A stretch of 64,000 nt of DNA from Geosiphon pyriformis uo1 (taxonomy: Eukaryota; Fungi; Glomeromycota). Below, in pieces: positions 11,266 to 22,931 of this stretch. Every line of letters begins with the position of its first letter. Positions within the stretch are counted from its first letter, which is position 1. The notes under the pieces were generated by a model that was not told the origin of the DNA, searched no databases, and was given only the letters and a program-made list of their open reading frames with translations. The translations under genes were made by a program, and so were the position numbers. The stretch lies in contig JAAOMT010000328.1 of the NCBI GenBank assembly GCA_016748015.1, forward strand, positions 186,001 through 250,000, given 5' to 3'.

Positions 11266-12651
11266 ATGAACTCCAAAAACTACAACAATCTCAAACAATA
11301 TTTGGAGACATTAACAATCCCAACAGATTGGTCCCCAGACAAAAAACATCAGTTACAACAACAAACCAAACAATATTTTCTACACAGCAACATTATCTAT
11401 CATCGAAATTTCAAAAACCCAACCAAACCACTCAGATTAATACAAGAACCAGAAAAAGAGACCATTTTATACAACATGCACTCGGATCCTTCATCAGCAC
11501 ACTTCGGAAAAGATAGCACCACCCAAAGAACACTAGAATACTACTTTTGGCCTTGAATGAGAAAAGACATTCACGAATATATCGAATCTTGTGATAGTTG
11601 TCAAAGAAGAAAAGGAACTTGCCCTACAGAACCTTTAAATCCAATCAAAGTTGGACAGCCTTTTGACAGAGTTGGTATCGATTTAGTCGGACCACTATCT
11701 ATCACCACTTAAGGAAACCGTTATATTGTAGTAGCTGTAGACTATCTTACTAAATGGCCTGAAGCCAGAGCCATTCAATGAGCAAATGCAAAATCAGTAG
11801 CAAATTTTATCTACGAAGACATTATTTGTAGACATAGATGTCCAATTGAACTTTTATCCGATCAGGAAACACACTTTGTGAACAATCTGATACAAGAAAT
11901 TTGTGAATGATTTAATGTCAAAAAACCTCTGTCTTTGCCCTACCATCCACAAACAAACGGACTTGTGGAACGTTTTAACAGAACATTGTGTAAGTCATTA
12001 GCCAAAGTCTCAACCGATTTTAAGCAAGAATGAGATCTCTTTATTCCATCAGTGTTACTAGCATATAGGACATTAAAACAAGATACCACGAAACACACAC
12101 CATTTGATTTAACTTATGGAAGGATGGCAACGTTACCAATCAGTTTCACAGTGGAAACATACCCAGCACAACCGATCGATGAAAACAATTTCCAAGAAAC
12201 GCTTCAGCAAAGAGCCTACACTCTGCTTAGCACATTGGAAGGAAAACAACAAATAGCAGCCACCCATATTGAACACTCCCAAGCTCAACAAAAAGAACGG
12301 CATGATAACAAATTGTTTTCAGTCACCAATAAATTCAAAATTGGAAACAAAGTTCTCTTACACAGAACTAAAGCTGAAAAACAATGGAGTGGAAAATTTG
12401 AAAATAAATGGGATGGACCATTCTTTATTCATGAAATCCTAGGCAACAGATCATACAAGCTAAGACTTGATAACAAAATACTAGCAAAAGTTGCACATGG
12501 AGATTGTTTGAAACACTATTATTCCAGAAACAATCCTAAACCATTAATTCCACAGATTGGTACACATTCCCCTTTGGTCAGTCCCGAAGATATTCCCTGA
12601 AACTTAGAACCAATAGTTGTCATTGAACAACCTTCCAATCTGAACACTTAA
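11266..12651 (+). pseudogene. Integrase (HHCC, DDE core, GPF motif) in a separate reading frame
   Basis: MHSDPSSAHFG..CDSC, GIDLVGP, LLSDQ, YHPQTNGLVERFN, WDGPF; own ATG at 11266; no chromodomain. Confidence 0.93.
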
Positions 12652-12766
12652 TTTAATTTTTACTAGTTATTCTTTTATAATCTAGAAACAATCTCACAAA
12701 AACAAAAATAACATAAAAACCCATACACCAAAAATAATTTTTATTTTTATTTTTCAATTGCTTATA

Positions 12767-13486
12767 ATGACTATTCCTCAAAACATTCAACAATTATCCC
12801 AAAAACTAATGTTAGCTTTAAAAACAATACCCGAATTATCCATTACTGTTACTGGAAACCACATAAATTATACCCAAACAGAAGTAGTTACAAATTTAGC
12901 CCCAAATTCACGAAAATATCACCCGTATAAAAAGAACACAAGAAGTTATACTGGAATTCACCTGCCAAAACTTTTAAAGCTTGCTTTAAGAGAAAACCTA
13001 ATGCTCACTCCGATTAGTATTCCACTAAATGCTACAATTTAACAAAAACTTCAACTGTGTCTCAATGAGGAAAACACTGAATATCCTCTAATCTATAGAT
13101 ATTTTCATATTGGAAAAACACTCTACAAATGGAAACTGGAACTTACAACAGCAAACCTTACAAAAGAAGCTATTCAGAAACAACTCCACAATGAATTCAA
13201 GACAACAGCTGAATCAACAAACAGTCACTACAGGCTTAGAGCTGCTCTTAGACTTTATGACCTATTCCACACCTGTAAAAACGTATTACAAAACCCAATT
13301 TTTCAATCTTTGAAGATTCAATACATTGGAAAGCTCACAGAACTGAAATTTCAACAATTTTCAGACCAGATTTCTTCAATAATTTTGGATTATTATCTGG
13401 AAATAACAGACAGTACTTGGACTTCGATGGAGCTCAGTCTTGAGAAGGAGGTTATGTTACCAGATGAAATTAGAAATATTATTTAG
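12767..13486 (+). pseudogene. Extra ORF3 (239 aa, unknown function) between integrase and the 3' LTR
   Basis: 720-nt frame with one internal TAA; same length and similar sequence in copy 2 (27453-26734); spans the PPT and ends inside the LTR. Confidence 0.8.
13442..13451 (+). promoter_or_regulatory. Polypurine tract
   Basis: GAGAAGGAGG three bases before the 3' LTR. Confidence 0.85.
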
Positions 13487-14430
13487 CATGAAATTATCTT
13501 ATAATTCTTATCATTAATTAGCATATATTATTGTTTTAAATGATCACTTATTACATTAGCAAAAATGTCCGAAATTATCATTTAATTAATAACTCAAATT
13601 GTACACAACACAAATATAACCTAATTGCGATAATCAATCATGCAATACCCCAAACTATGTAACATTCAGAAGTTTGCCGAAATTTATAGAAATTTGCCAA
13701 AATAATTGATAGTTCACCGAAATATCTAATAGTTTGCCGAAATAACTTGTAGTTCGCCGAAATATATCTTTAGTTTAGTGAAATTGTAGAAAATAGCAAA
13801 GTTTAAGTTTATAGAATAGTGTTACAACAAGTTGTATAAAAGAAGAGCTTCTCTCTTCGAGAAAATGCATCTTACTTTAGATTTATCACTTAGAACCATT
13901 TCTACATACACAAAAGAAATAAATATCAAATAATTTGAAAAACCAAATTCTTTAATTATTGCACTTGGAAAATCCCCAAAACCCAACTAATATTTTGAAA
14001 TTGATTAGCTACCAATTTCAGTAAACTGTTAGTGACTCCAGGCCTGGATAGAAAACGTTTCTCTTGACAAAATTCTATTTCTTTTACATTTCTTTTATTT
14101 TTTTTTATTTTTTTATCATAATCATTAGGGTAACCTACAGACAAGATTCCTGTAGAAAAGTTAACTTTCACAGCAAAGTAACTACACATTTTAGTGAGCT
14201 TCCAGACAAGCAATTCCTGGGAAAGAGTTGACGTTTACTACAACATAACTACACAAAGCAACTGGTATGGAATTGGCCATTCCACTTATAAGCCCAGCAG
14301 TTCAAATTATAGGAGATAATTTGAAGATAAATTCAGTTATTGGAGGTTCAACCACATCTAGAAAACGTGAATTCACAGCAAACAAGCATTGACAACATTT
14401 AAGAAAAGAGACCAAAAACCTCTGGTAACA
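13455..14430 (+). repeat. 3' LTR of copy 1 (976 bp)
   Basis: TGTTACCAG...CTGGTAACA with terminal inverted ends. Confidence 0.97.
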
Positions 14431-15014
14431 ATATTAACTAAGTTCATTTATAAACAACACATAAAACTTTTTGCTAAAATTGTTTTTATAGCTACTGGTT
14501 AAGCCAATGATTATTATGTAATATACTTAAAACAATATATATAAAACTGTTTTACTAAATCTTCAAAAACTTAAATATATTTATTTTTGATCTATAAATT
14601 AAAAATTAATATTTTTTATTTAAATAATAACTTTAAATTAATATTATTTACTTACTGCTTTATATGTTTTGCTTATTTTATTATATTCAATTTTTAAATA
14701 AAATTCACAAAGCTTTTTATATAGCTTTTCTTTTAAATATACTGGTTTTTTTATTTTTTTGTAATAAAATATATACTAATTTCCAATTAGACTAACATAA
14801 AAAATAGTTTGTATTCAATATTTCAATTTAATATTGTAATTTTCTGCATTTTTATTGTTTTTTAATATATTAATATATTGGTTTATATAATCTTAAGAAA
14901 GTAAAATTTTAGTCTGTTTCTTTTTATTTTTGGCTAATAAATATTTTTCAAAAAGCTTAGAAAGTGTTTTTTGAATAAGCCATTTATGATTAATATGATA
15001 CTAAAAGATCATAT

Positions 15015-15222
15015 AATACATACAATATAACAATAACTAAAAACATGTCAAATATTTATTATTTAATTAATAAAAAAAATTTTTTTATTGGTAAATATTA
15101 TAAAGAATATGATTGGTTATATTAATTCGAAATTAACATAATGTTAAATTAAGAATTCTAAATTAACTTAAGTTGGAATAGAATCTTAAATCAATTCAAA
15201 TCTTATTCCAATTTATAATATA
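15015..15222 (-). repeat. Right terminal inverted repeat of the TIR relic
   Basis: Reverse-complement match to 2846-3068. Confidence 0.8.
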
Positions 15223-15564
15223 TATATATAATAATAATATTTTTTGTTATTTTTATTAGTAAAATATTATTATTATTAAAAAAATTTTGTTATTGTATTA
15301 TAACTTTACTTTTAAAAAATACAATTTAATAAATATTTTAATATTAAAATTTAAATTAATAATAAAAATAAATAATATAATTATTATAATTGAGAAAAAT
15401 AACATAAATTATTCTGTTTTTATTGATTTTTTTTATTATTATTATTATTTTATGAGTAAGGTTCAAACACTACCTAGCATTATACATCATACAAATAATC
15501 TAAACTAAGCGTGAATTATGCACTTTCTACACATGACCAGCCACTCGAACCAGTTAGGACAACA

Positions 15565-18500
15565 TTACATACCTATATGCATAGAAACTGTGTCCCCAAT
15601 ACCCGAAAAGAACAAACAAAGCTTGCAAAACCCAAAACTAATTCCAAAAGCTTCAACAACACCCAACAGCCTAATTACACCAGCCGAGAATGCCACAGGC
15701 AAACCAGAAATTGACACAAGAACGGACTCATCACATGAAATCAAACCATGCCTCTCCATAAACACCTGGTGTTTGGCGCGGACCAACCAGATGTCATCCC
15801 AAAATACAAGACAAAACTCATACACAAAGCCCACAATCCTTATAGTACCTTTCTTAGAATCTTTAAAAACTGAGACAGACTTCTGAAACCAGTTATCAAA
15901 AACAAAGTCCTTACACAGAGCAACACCAATTCCAATTTCAGAAATACAAGAAGCCAACACCTGTGAGACACATGAAGAAGAGCGAGATAAACTAGAAAGA
16001 GCCTTCCAAGCTGAAACATAAGTGTCCAACAAATAAGCACAGCCTGTGGCATCCTGAGGACATGAAAAGATGTGATCTGAGATCTCAACATTACCACAGA
16101 ACAAACAGACCACACTGAGATATCTTCTATCATATAAACACTTATGCATAGTAACAGGAAGCTGATGATGAAGAGCCTTCATAAAGTAAGTGCAATAGCT
16201 TGCCATGCACATGTTGGTAAAACTGGAGGCCAAATAAGAATTGGTGTGCCATACCATAGAAGACTTAAACCAATTGACATCAGCATGCAAACTATCAGCC
16301 ACAACACGAGAACCAACTCCAACCTTCCAACAAGCACAATGAACTGATTGGAAAATATTGCAAACAAAGTGTCTAGAATTACTAGAAACTGCTGTACCAC
16401 CAGCACATAGAAAATGTTTACTAACTAAATGAGGCAGGCGCCAAGCAGAAAAAGCAGCATTTTTGGCAAGTGCATTAGCATGCACATTGCCTGAGACATC
16501 TGAATGACCTTTCACCTTAACCCAATTCATATCCAAATTCTTTCGATGAATAATGGTAGCAATATGGCAATGCTCAATCCAACAGCAGTTTCTGAAATCT
16601 GGACAAACCAGCGAAGACTCCGACCTACATGCATCCAAAACAGCTTGGCTATCCGAAAACAAGTCAATTGAACGAGAAGAAGGAACACACTCAAGGGCCA
16701 AAGCTATGGCTTGTAGCTTCATCAGAGTAGAAAAAACCAAACTGAACACTCCTATCCCTAAACCCAAATTAATGTCCTCAAAAAAAATGGCAGCACCTGC
16801 TTTTACATTAACAGTGCCCAAACCAGACAGAGACCCATCCATATACACAGAAAGGTGGGCAGCATCAGTGGTCAGCAGAGTGTCACAAACCACACCAAAA
16901 TCATGAAAGAGATGAATATCTGACACAGCATGACCATCCACGAAAGAAGAACTTAAGGAGAGGAGACCAAAACCACCAAGAAAGTGAATGGAAAGATCAA
17001 ACCAGAAAGAAATTGGGCCACAAGGGTCTAGTCTCTTCCAACACTTGAAAGCTTTCCAACTGAAAACATCACTATTATGATCACGAAGCAGTTTTACAAA
17101 AGCAATTTCATAATGTCTGAGTGAAAAGACACACTTAAGAAAACAGGGTTCACTAAGAACCAAAGACATAGGAGTACCACACCAATGGCAAAAAGCACAA
17201 GCCAGAGAGCCACCCAAAGACAAATCACATCCAGAAAAAATACGAACCACACTAGCCAAAAAATTGTTTGAGGGATTGACACCAATATGAGATGGAAACA
17301 GCAAAAGATGACGCGGGCACCAACTGAGAACTTGAAGATCATGAAACTTATGAGAAAAAAGGCGACCCAAAATACCAGCAGAATTTGCGAAAGTAACAGC
17401 AGATGCCAATTTGCTCTCAGCCTGAATCTGCTCAAAAGTCTTTAACCCATACAATGAAAGGTGATACAGTGCATCATTGGGGAAATCATGGGGCAACCCA
17501 GACTTAGATTTCAAGATTTTGCATACTAGAGCATCCCATTTGTTACTAACATACACAAAAATGAAACTGAACTGAGTCCTATAGCTAATGATGGGAAAAA
17601 GAACCGTAGACACCAAATATGCATACTGCTTATCAAAAACTGTTTTTCTTAAAACTAGATTTACAAAAAACCACACATCCACCTGGGCTTTAGCTAAGCT
17701 GGGCTTCAAAAGACCCTCAGAAGATAAAAAAATGTCTAGATAACGATAAAATTCCCCTTTCTTGGCAATAGAAATAGACGCACCACTGATAGTCAAATGA
17801 GGATTCAACACCCGGCAATTGATGGAGATGGCCACCATTTTGTCATTATTTACAGAAATATCGTTAAACTTGAAAAACTCATTAGCAACATCAAGAATGT
17901 GTTGCATAGCAGCCTGGCTGTTATCAACCCAAATAGTATCATTAACAAAAGCGCCGGCAGCAAAAAATGAAGACAGCCCAGCTTGAGGATCTACCTGGCC
18001 AGTTTTGGATATAAAATAAGAATTCAACTTGTAGCCATACACACTATTCTGTCTTTTGACTTCACATAAAAGTGAATCATAGAATATATGCCAGAGAAGA
18101 GGAGAGAAAACTTCCCTTTGGTCCAGCCCATCATGAACACAATATCCATCAGTTAGGCCAAAGTCAGTCATTACTCTGTTAACGCGACCATTGTGAATGC
18201 TGCCAAAAAATTTAATAAACCTCTTACACATCTTAATCCTAACCAGACTTCTCCTGAAATGTTCCCAACTGACTGAGTTATAAGCCTTATGCATGTCTTG
18301 TAAAACCAACCAGAGTTCTCGGTTTTTCTCCAAGGCATTTTTAATCACTGAACCAACAGCAAAAATGGGAGACTGGATTGTTGTACTTTTTAGAACTGAA
18401 AAATTGTTCCTGCAAAGGACATCAAAAGTGCTGCAAGCCGAAGAAATTCTATTTGAAAAGATCTTGGAAAGAATCTTGCAGGCTGTTTTAATCAAAGCAA

Positions 18501-20253
18501 TAGGACAAGTGTTTGTGAGAACTCCCTCTCATTCATACGGTTTAGAGATCATAGAAACCCAAGCTTTTTTTTAAGATCCAAGAACTAACTCACTAATTAA
18601 ACATAGATTCAAGAGCACCAGAAGCATATCCAAAACTGATTTGTCACAACACTTCCACAATTTATTAGAGATACCAGAGAGACCAGCCACCTTCCCATCA
18701 GGAAGATCCTTGACGACTGCCAACATTTCATCAAAACTAATCAAACACATAACATCAGAAAAAGCACCATCAAAAACATACTCTAGAGGCCAATATTGGT
18801 GAGCCCAATCTTTGGAGATATTAAAAACCACTCTATGTTTCTTGGTCTACCCCTCCATGATATCATCCACCTTCGATTTGACAGAGTCAGACTCCAAAAT
18901 CAACTCATCTTCCATAACCAGATGATCCAAGACCACCTTGTGAAAGGGATGCTCCAAAACACTCCTAATGGTATGACTCTTGTCCAGTTCAAAACTCTCC
19001 ATCCTCTTACTAATAGCCTGCTTGATCGAAGATTCCTCAGCACGTTTGGATTCCAACAACTTAGAAGCATAGTACAACTTCCTCACTTTGGCCAGCGCAG
19101 AATGAATAAGATCAAAACCAGAACCTAAAAGAAACAGAAACCTTACCACCGATGCACCAGGAGAATCAAGCCTGTGTCACACCTCCAACAAAGCAACAAA
19201 CTTTTCACTAAAAACTGAATGTGAAGCCTTAACCAACTTTGAAACCAGCAATTCTAACTTATGAAACTTAAAAGACATCTTGGTAAAAATGCCATCAAAA
19301 CCCTTAAACCACTTCCTTTTAAATGTACTATCCGCAGAAAGAATTATGATCTTGCGAACAATGTTCCACATAGCATCCATATTAGAAAATTTCACAGCAG
19401 CACCAAACACATCTGAAAACATAGAGGCATTAACAGCCGAAGTGTCCTTGAACTCCAACTACTTAGCTCTATTGGCATTCTTGATGTCAAATTTCCAATA
19501 ATCTCTGGTGGTCTGTTTGCACAATGAAGAAAGCTGCACATCCAACAATCCACCTATACCCACAGACACAGAAATAGCCCTATGATCAGTATCAAAAAAG
19601 TCATTAACACCAGCCACACTGTGATCCACAACCGTGTTAATCAAATTAGAGGAGACAAAAACATAGTCAATTGTCTTGGCAGCACCACAAGAATTGCACC
19701 AAGTCAGAGATTTCACAAACAAACTTCCACCCAAAAAGTTAACCAAACCCAAATCAAAACACTTTTTGAAACTGGCACATTTGTGAGAACTGTCCTTATT
19801 GAAATCACCACCAAAAATAACGAAGGAAGATTTATTCACTGCTTTAGTGATGAAAGAGTTAATATCACCAGCCTGAGAGAAACAAACCACTAAGGAAACA
19901 CCAGCATACAGCCCCAAAATTGACACAGAAAGCTTGTTTTTAAAAAACAGTCTTACCGACAAGAGCTGACCAGGCATTTCCGAAACCTTGCACACATGTC
20001 TTGCCAATAAAGAGTTCAAAATAATAGCAACACCAGATCCCATGTGACTGAAATCCAGACCAGAAGTAAAAACACAAACACCATCAAACCTATCAGCAAT
20101 CCAAGGGCGAACCTTTCCTCACAACTTTGTTTCAGTAACAATAGAGACCAGATTGTTCATATCCTTATGCCAATGAACAATGTCTGTCTGCTTTGCACAA
20201 TTGTTCATACCTTTGACATTACATGTTGCAATCTTCCAAATTAAATGAGTCAT
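15565..20253 (-). pseudogene. LINE ORF2: APE endonuclease, RT, RNase H, Cys/His motif
   Basis: WKIATCNV, GGDFN, TIDYVF, DTDH (APE); LQDMHKAYNSV, GLDQREVFSPLL, AFVNDT (RT); YMDGS..KVKGHS (RNase H); CLFCG..DHIFSC. Confidence 0.93.
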
Positions 20254-22166
20254 TGTGACAAACCTGAACCAGAGCACAAAAAATTCAACTTATCCAAAAC
20301 TGAACCAACTGAAGCTTCCAAAGTGACCAATTTCGTCTCCAAACTGCCCACCTTGGCAGTAAGAACCTTGGAACTACTAGTGCTGAGATTGACAACAGCA
20401 TTATCAGTAACAGGGGAGGTAATATCAAAAAAACCCAAAGCATTATCTACAATCATATCTGAATCCACCACAGAACCCAAAGCTGTAAAAACAACAGGAG
20501 AGAAAGCCAAGGAAGAAAGAACTGAAGGAATCATATCAAAGGAGTCCAACCTAACCAGGATGCCAGAAACACAGTCAGCCAAAAGCTCCAAAGAGCACTT
20601 TAAAACTACCAAATGATCACCCAAATGGGAAACAACAAGAGGATCAGAGACAGCTAAAGAAGGAACTGAACCAGAATGCAAACCAAAACCAGAAAAACCA
20701 GAAGGAAATGCACGGGAGGGGGTGCCATTAGCAACTTGAGCCCATGTTTTACCACCAAACAAAACTGAACAGACAATAGGAGCCGATTTTTTTTTATATA
20801 TACCAGCCAGACGGACTTGATCATGATCAAAAACCACTATCTTCTCATGTACACCAGAACTTCTACTCACAGAACAGTTGACAGTGATATGACCAAATTG
20901 TTCACACTTGGCACAACTAGCCAAAACAAGACTAGCCCAACGCAAACTAACACTCTTGAAAATTGGAATGATATAAATAGCAGCCAATCTGGCAGCATCA
21001 TTTTCAAAACAAATGATTGCACACTGATTGCAGACATATGAACTGGGATTGCGGCCAATGAAACAAGTCTTCCCATCATACAACATTAACAAATCAGACA
21101 AATTATGAGTAGAAGTACCCACAGGCAAAGTATAAAGCATAATCCGATGTCAATTCCTAGATACCCACGTTTGTTTATCACTAACGACCAGTGCTATGCA
21201 AACTGAATCCTTTTTCACAAGAACAGACCACTTAAAAGTGACCAAATTGGCAACTTCTGATGACTCAAATTCAATTTGGGTCTTTTGCCAAAGACCAATC
21301 AATTGTATCCTAATGGAAACAATCTTGCCAAATTTAGAAAAAACTGATTCTACAGCCACCTTTGGAAGATCAACTGGGATCTTCTTAATGATTACTTCCC
21401 AATTCGAACAAATGTTTGCTTTTTTGAGATCACCATTGACAACAATTTTCTCACGGATTGTCATTTCCCTGGCCTTAATTAAACTAAACTCACTTGTGAA
21501 AGTCAAACAAACAACACCAGGAAATTTTGAGGGAGTTGAAGCTCCCCCAAAACCATTGATTTTGTAAAAAATTTTTTGATTGAAATAAGCTTATCACTAT
21601 TAATATTTCCAGGAACAGCAGACAATTCCACATCCAAAGCAAATAATTTTACTGGCTCGAAGCTTCACTTTTTCATAATACGTGACTTGACAGACGGTAT
21701 CTGATTGGAGCCATTAAACATTTTTGGAGACAGAAGACTTAGTGCATTCTCATCATCGCTCATTGAGTCAAATGTTGGAGCTTTTGGAGGTTTGTCTAAC
21801 ACGTAAGTATGGGTCCGGGTTTTTCTTGGTGTAGTCTCATTTATTTCGTTATCTTCACCAGATTCTGTGTAGCTTGTTTCTTTGGCAATAGTATTTGCCA
21901 TATTCTCTACATCCAACACCTCACTCATGCTTGACTCGTCGTTTTCAACTTCACTTCTCCAAGATATCTTACATTCTTCATCACCCAAATGTAACAAAGC
22001 AGCAGGCAGAAGGCCAGCAGACAAATCCACAACTCTACCAGCGACCTCAGATTTCCTAAGTTCCTTATATGACGGACCACGAAAGTAGACACTTTCAATT
22101 CACGTCTTTTTTTTGGTGCCAGACCAGGTCCCCAACCCAGTTGATTCAGAACCACTGGTTCTATGG
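20250..22166 (-). pseudogene. LINE ORF1 (RRM-like domains, CCHC knuckle, C-terminal coiled-coil-like region)
   Basis: VIIKKIPVDLP..VFSKFGKIVSIRI; CAKCEQFGHITVNC; stop overlaps the ORF2 ATG (ATGA). Confidence 0.85.
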
Positions 22167-22931
22167 CAACAAAAAGGGGCGTATTGAGAGAAATAACTGA
22201 AGTAAAAAAGAGAAAAAGGAAAAAGAAAAGCTATTCTATCAGTAAAAACTATGCTCTCGTCATGGACAGGAGATTGACAAGAGAAAAAAGTTTTTTTTAA
22301 ATAATATAAATGTTTTCTTATTGATTTTATTGCATTTTTGGCAATTATATTTTTAGTATCTTGGAATTTTACAATAATAGTAATTTAAATTTTAAAGTTG
22401 ATTATTAAATATTAATAATAAAAAATTGTTTTAATTTTATTATTGAAATAATTGGTATTTTTACTAGTAATTTTTAATTTTTTTCTTAATTATTAAGCTG
22501 GTTTTTTTCATAATTAGATTAATAAATTTGATTTAATTGGTTTTTTTTATGATTATTTTGTAAATTTTAATATATTAAATAACAAAAATTAAGTTTTATA
22601 AAAGATATAATTAAACTTTTTTGATAAGTTTATCTTTCAATTTAATAATAAATTAATCCAAGATTTAAAAATTAAAATATTAGTTATTAGTTTTTAAATA
22701 TCCAAAAATTTTAAAAAAATTTTTGACTTTTTTAAAATAAGTTTAGTTAGTTTTTGTTTAATATTTCGAAAACAAGTTTAAAAAAACATCTTTGAATGTT
22801 TGCTAGTTTTCAAAAAATACATTTAGATTTTTAAATTATTTATAGTATTTTTATTGTGTTTTTATTTATTTATCTTTTTTGTTTTTATAAATTTATTAAG
22901 TCACTTTTAAAAACTAATTTCAATATTTTTT

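Larger units (their letters stand above)
4799..14430 (+). mobile_element. Ty3/Gypsy LTR retrotransposon copy 1 (dUTPase-carrying, degenerate)
   Basis: TG...CA LTRs; 4-bp TSD ATAT (4795-4798, 14431-14434); gag-PR-RT-RH-INT order; PPT before the 3' LTR. Confidence 0.97.
2846..15222. mobile_element. Highly degenerate TIR (DNA transposon-like) relic, about 2.7 kb excluding the nested Gypsy element
   Basis: 2846-3068 is an imperfect reverse complement of about 15015-15222; TA-rich flanks; no intact transposase ORF visible. Confidence 0.65.
15427..22291 (-). mobile_element. LINE copy B, full length
   Basis: Pyrimidine-rich 5' end, ORF1, ORF2, conserved 3' UTR, (AAT)n/poly(A) tail at about 15427-15451. 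Confidence 0.95.

Noticed and set aside
13040-13045. TAA-CAA at the same ORF3 position in both copies as programmed read-through
   Set aside because: An equivalent shared TAA sits in pol (about 10041, GLI*PS) where a sense codon is expected; CGA/CAA>TAA hypermutation or shared ancestry explains both
12767-13486. ORF3 as a retroviral env
   Set aside because: No signal peptide, transmembrane segment or obvious furin site, and too short
15287-15508. Ile/Lys/Asn-rich ORFs in AT tracts (also 3287-3469)
   Set aside because: Composition artefacts with no motifs
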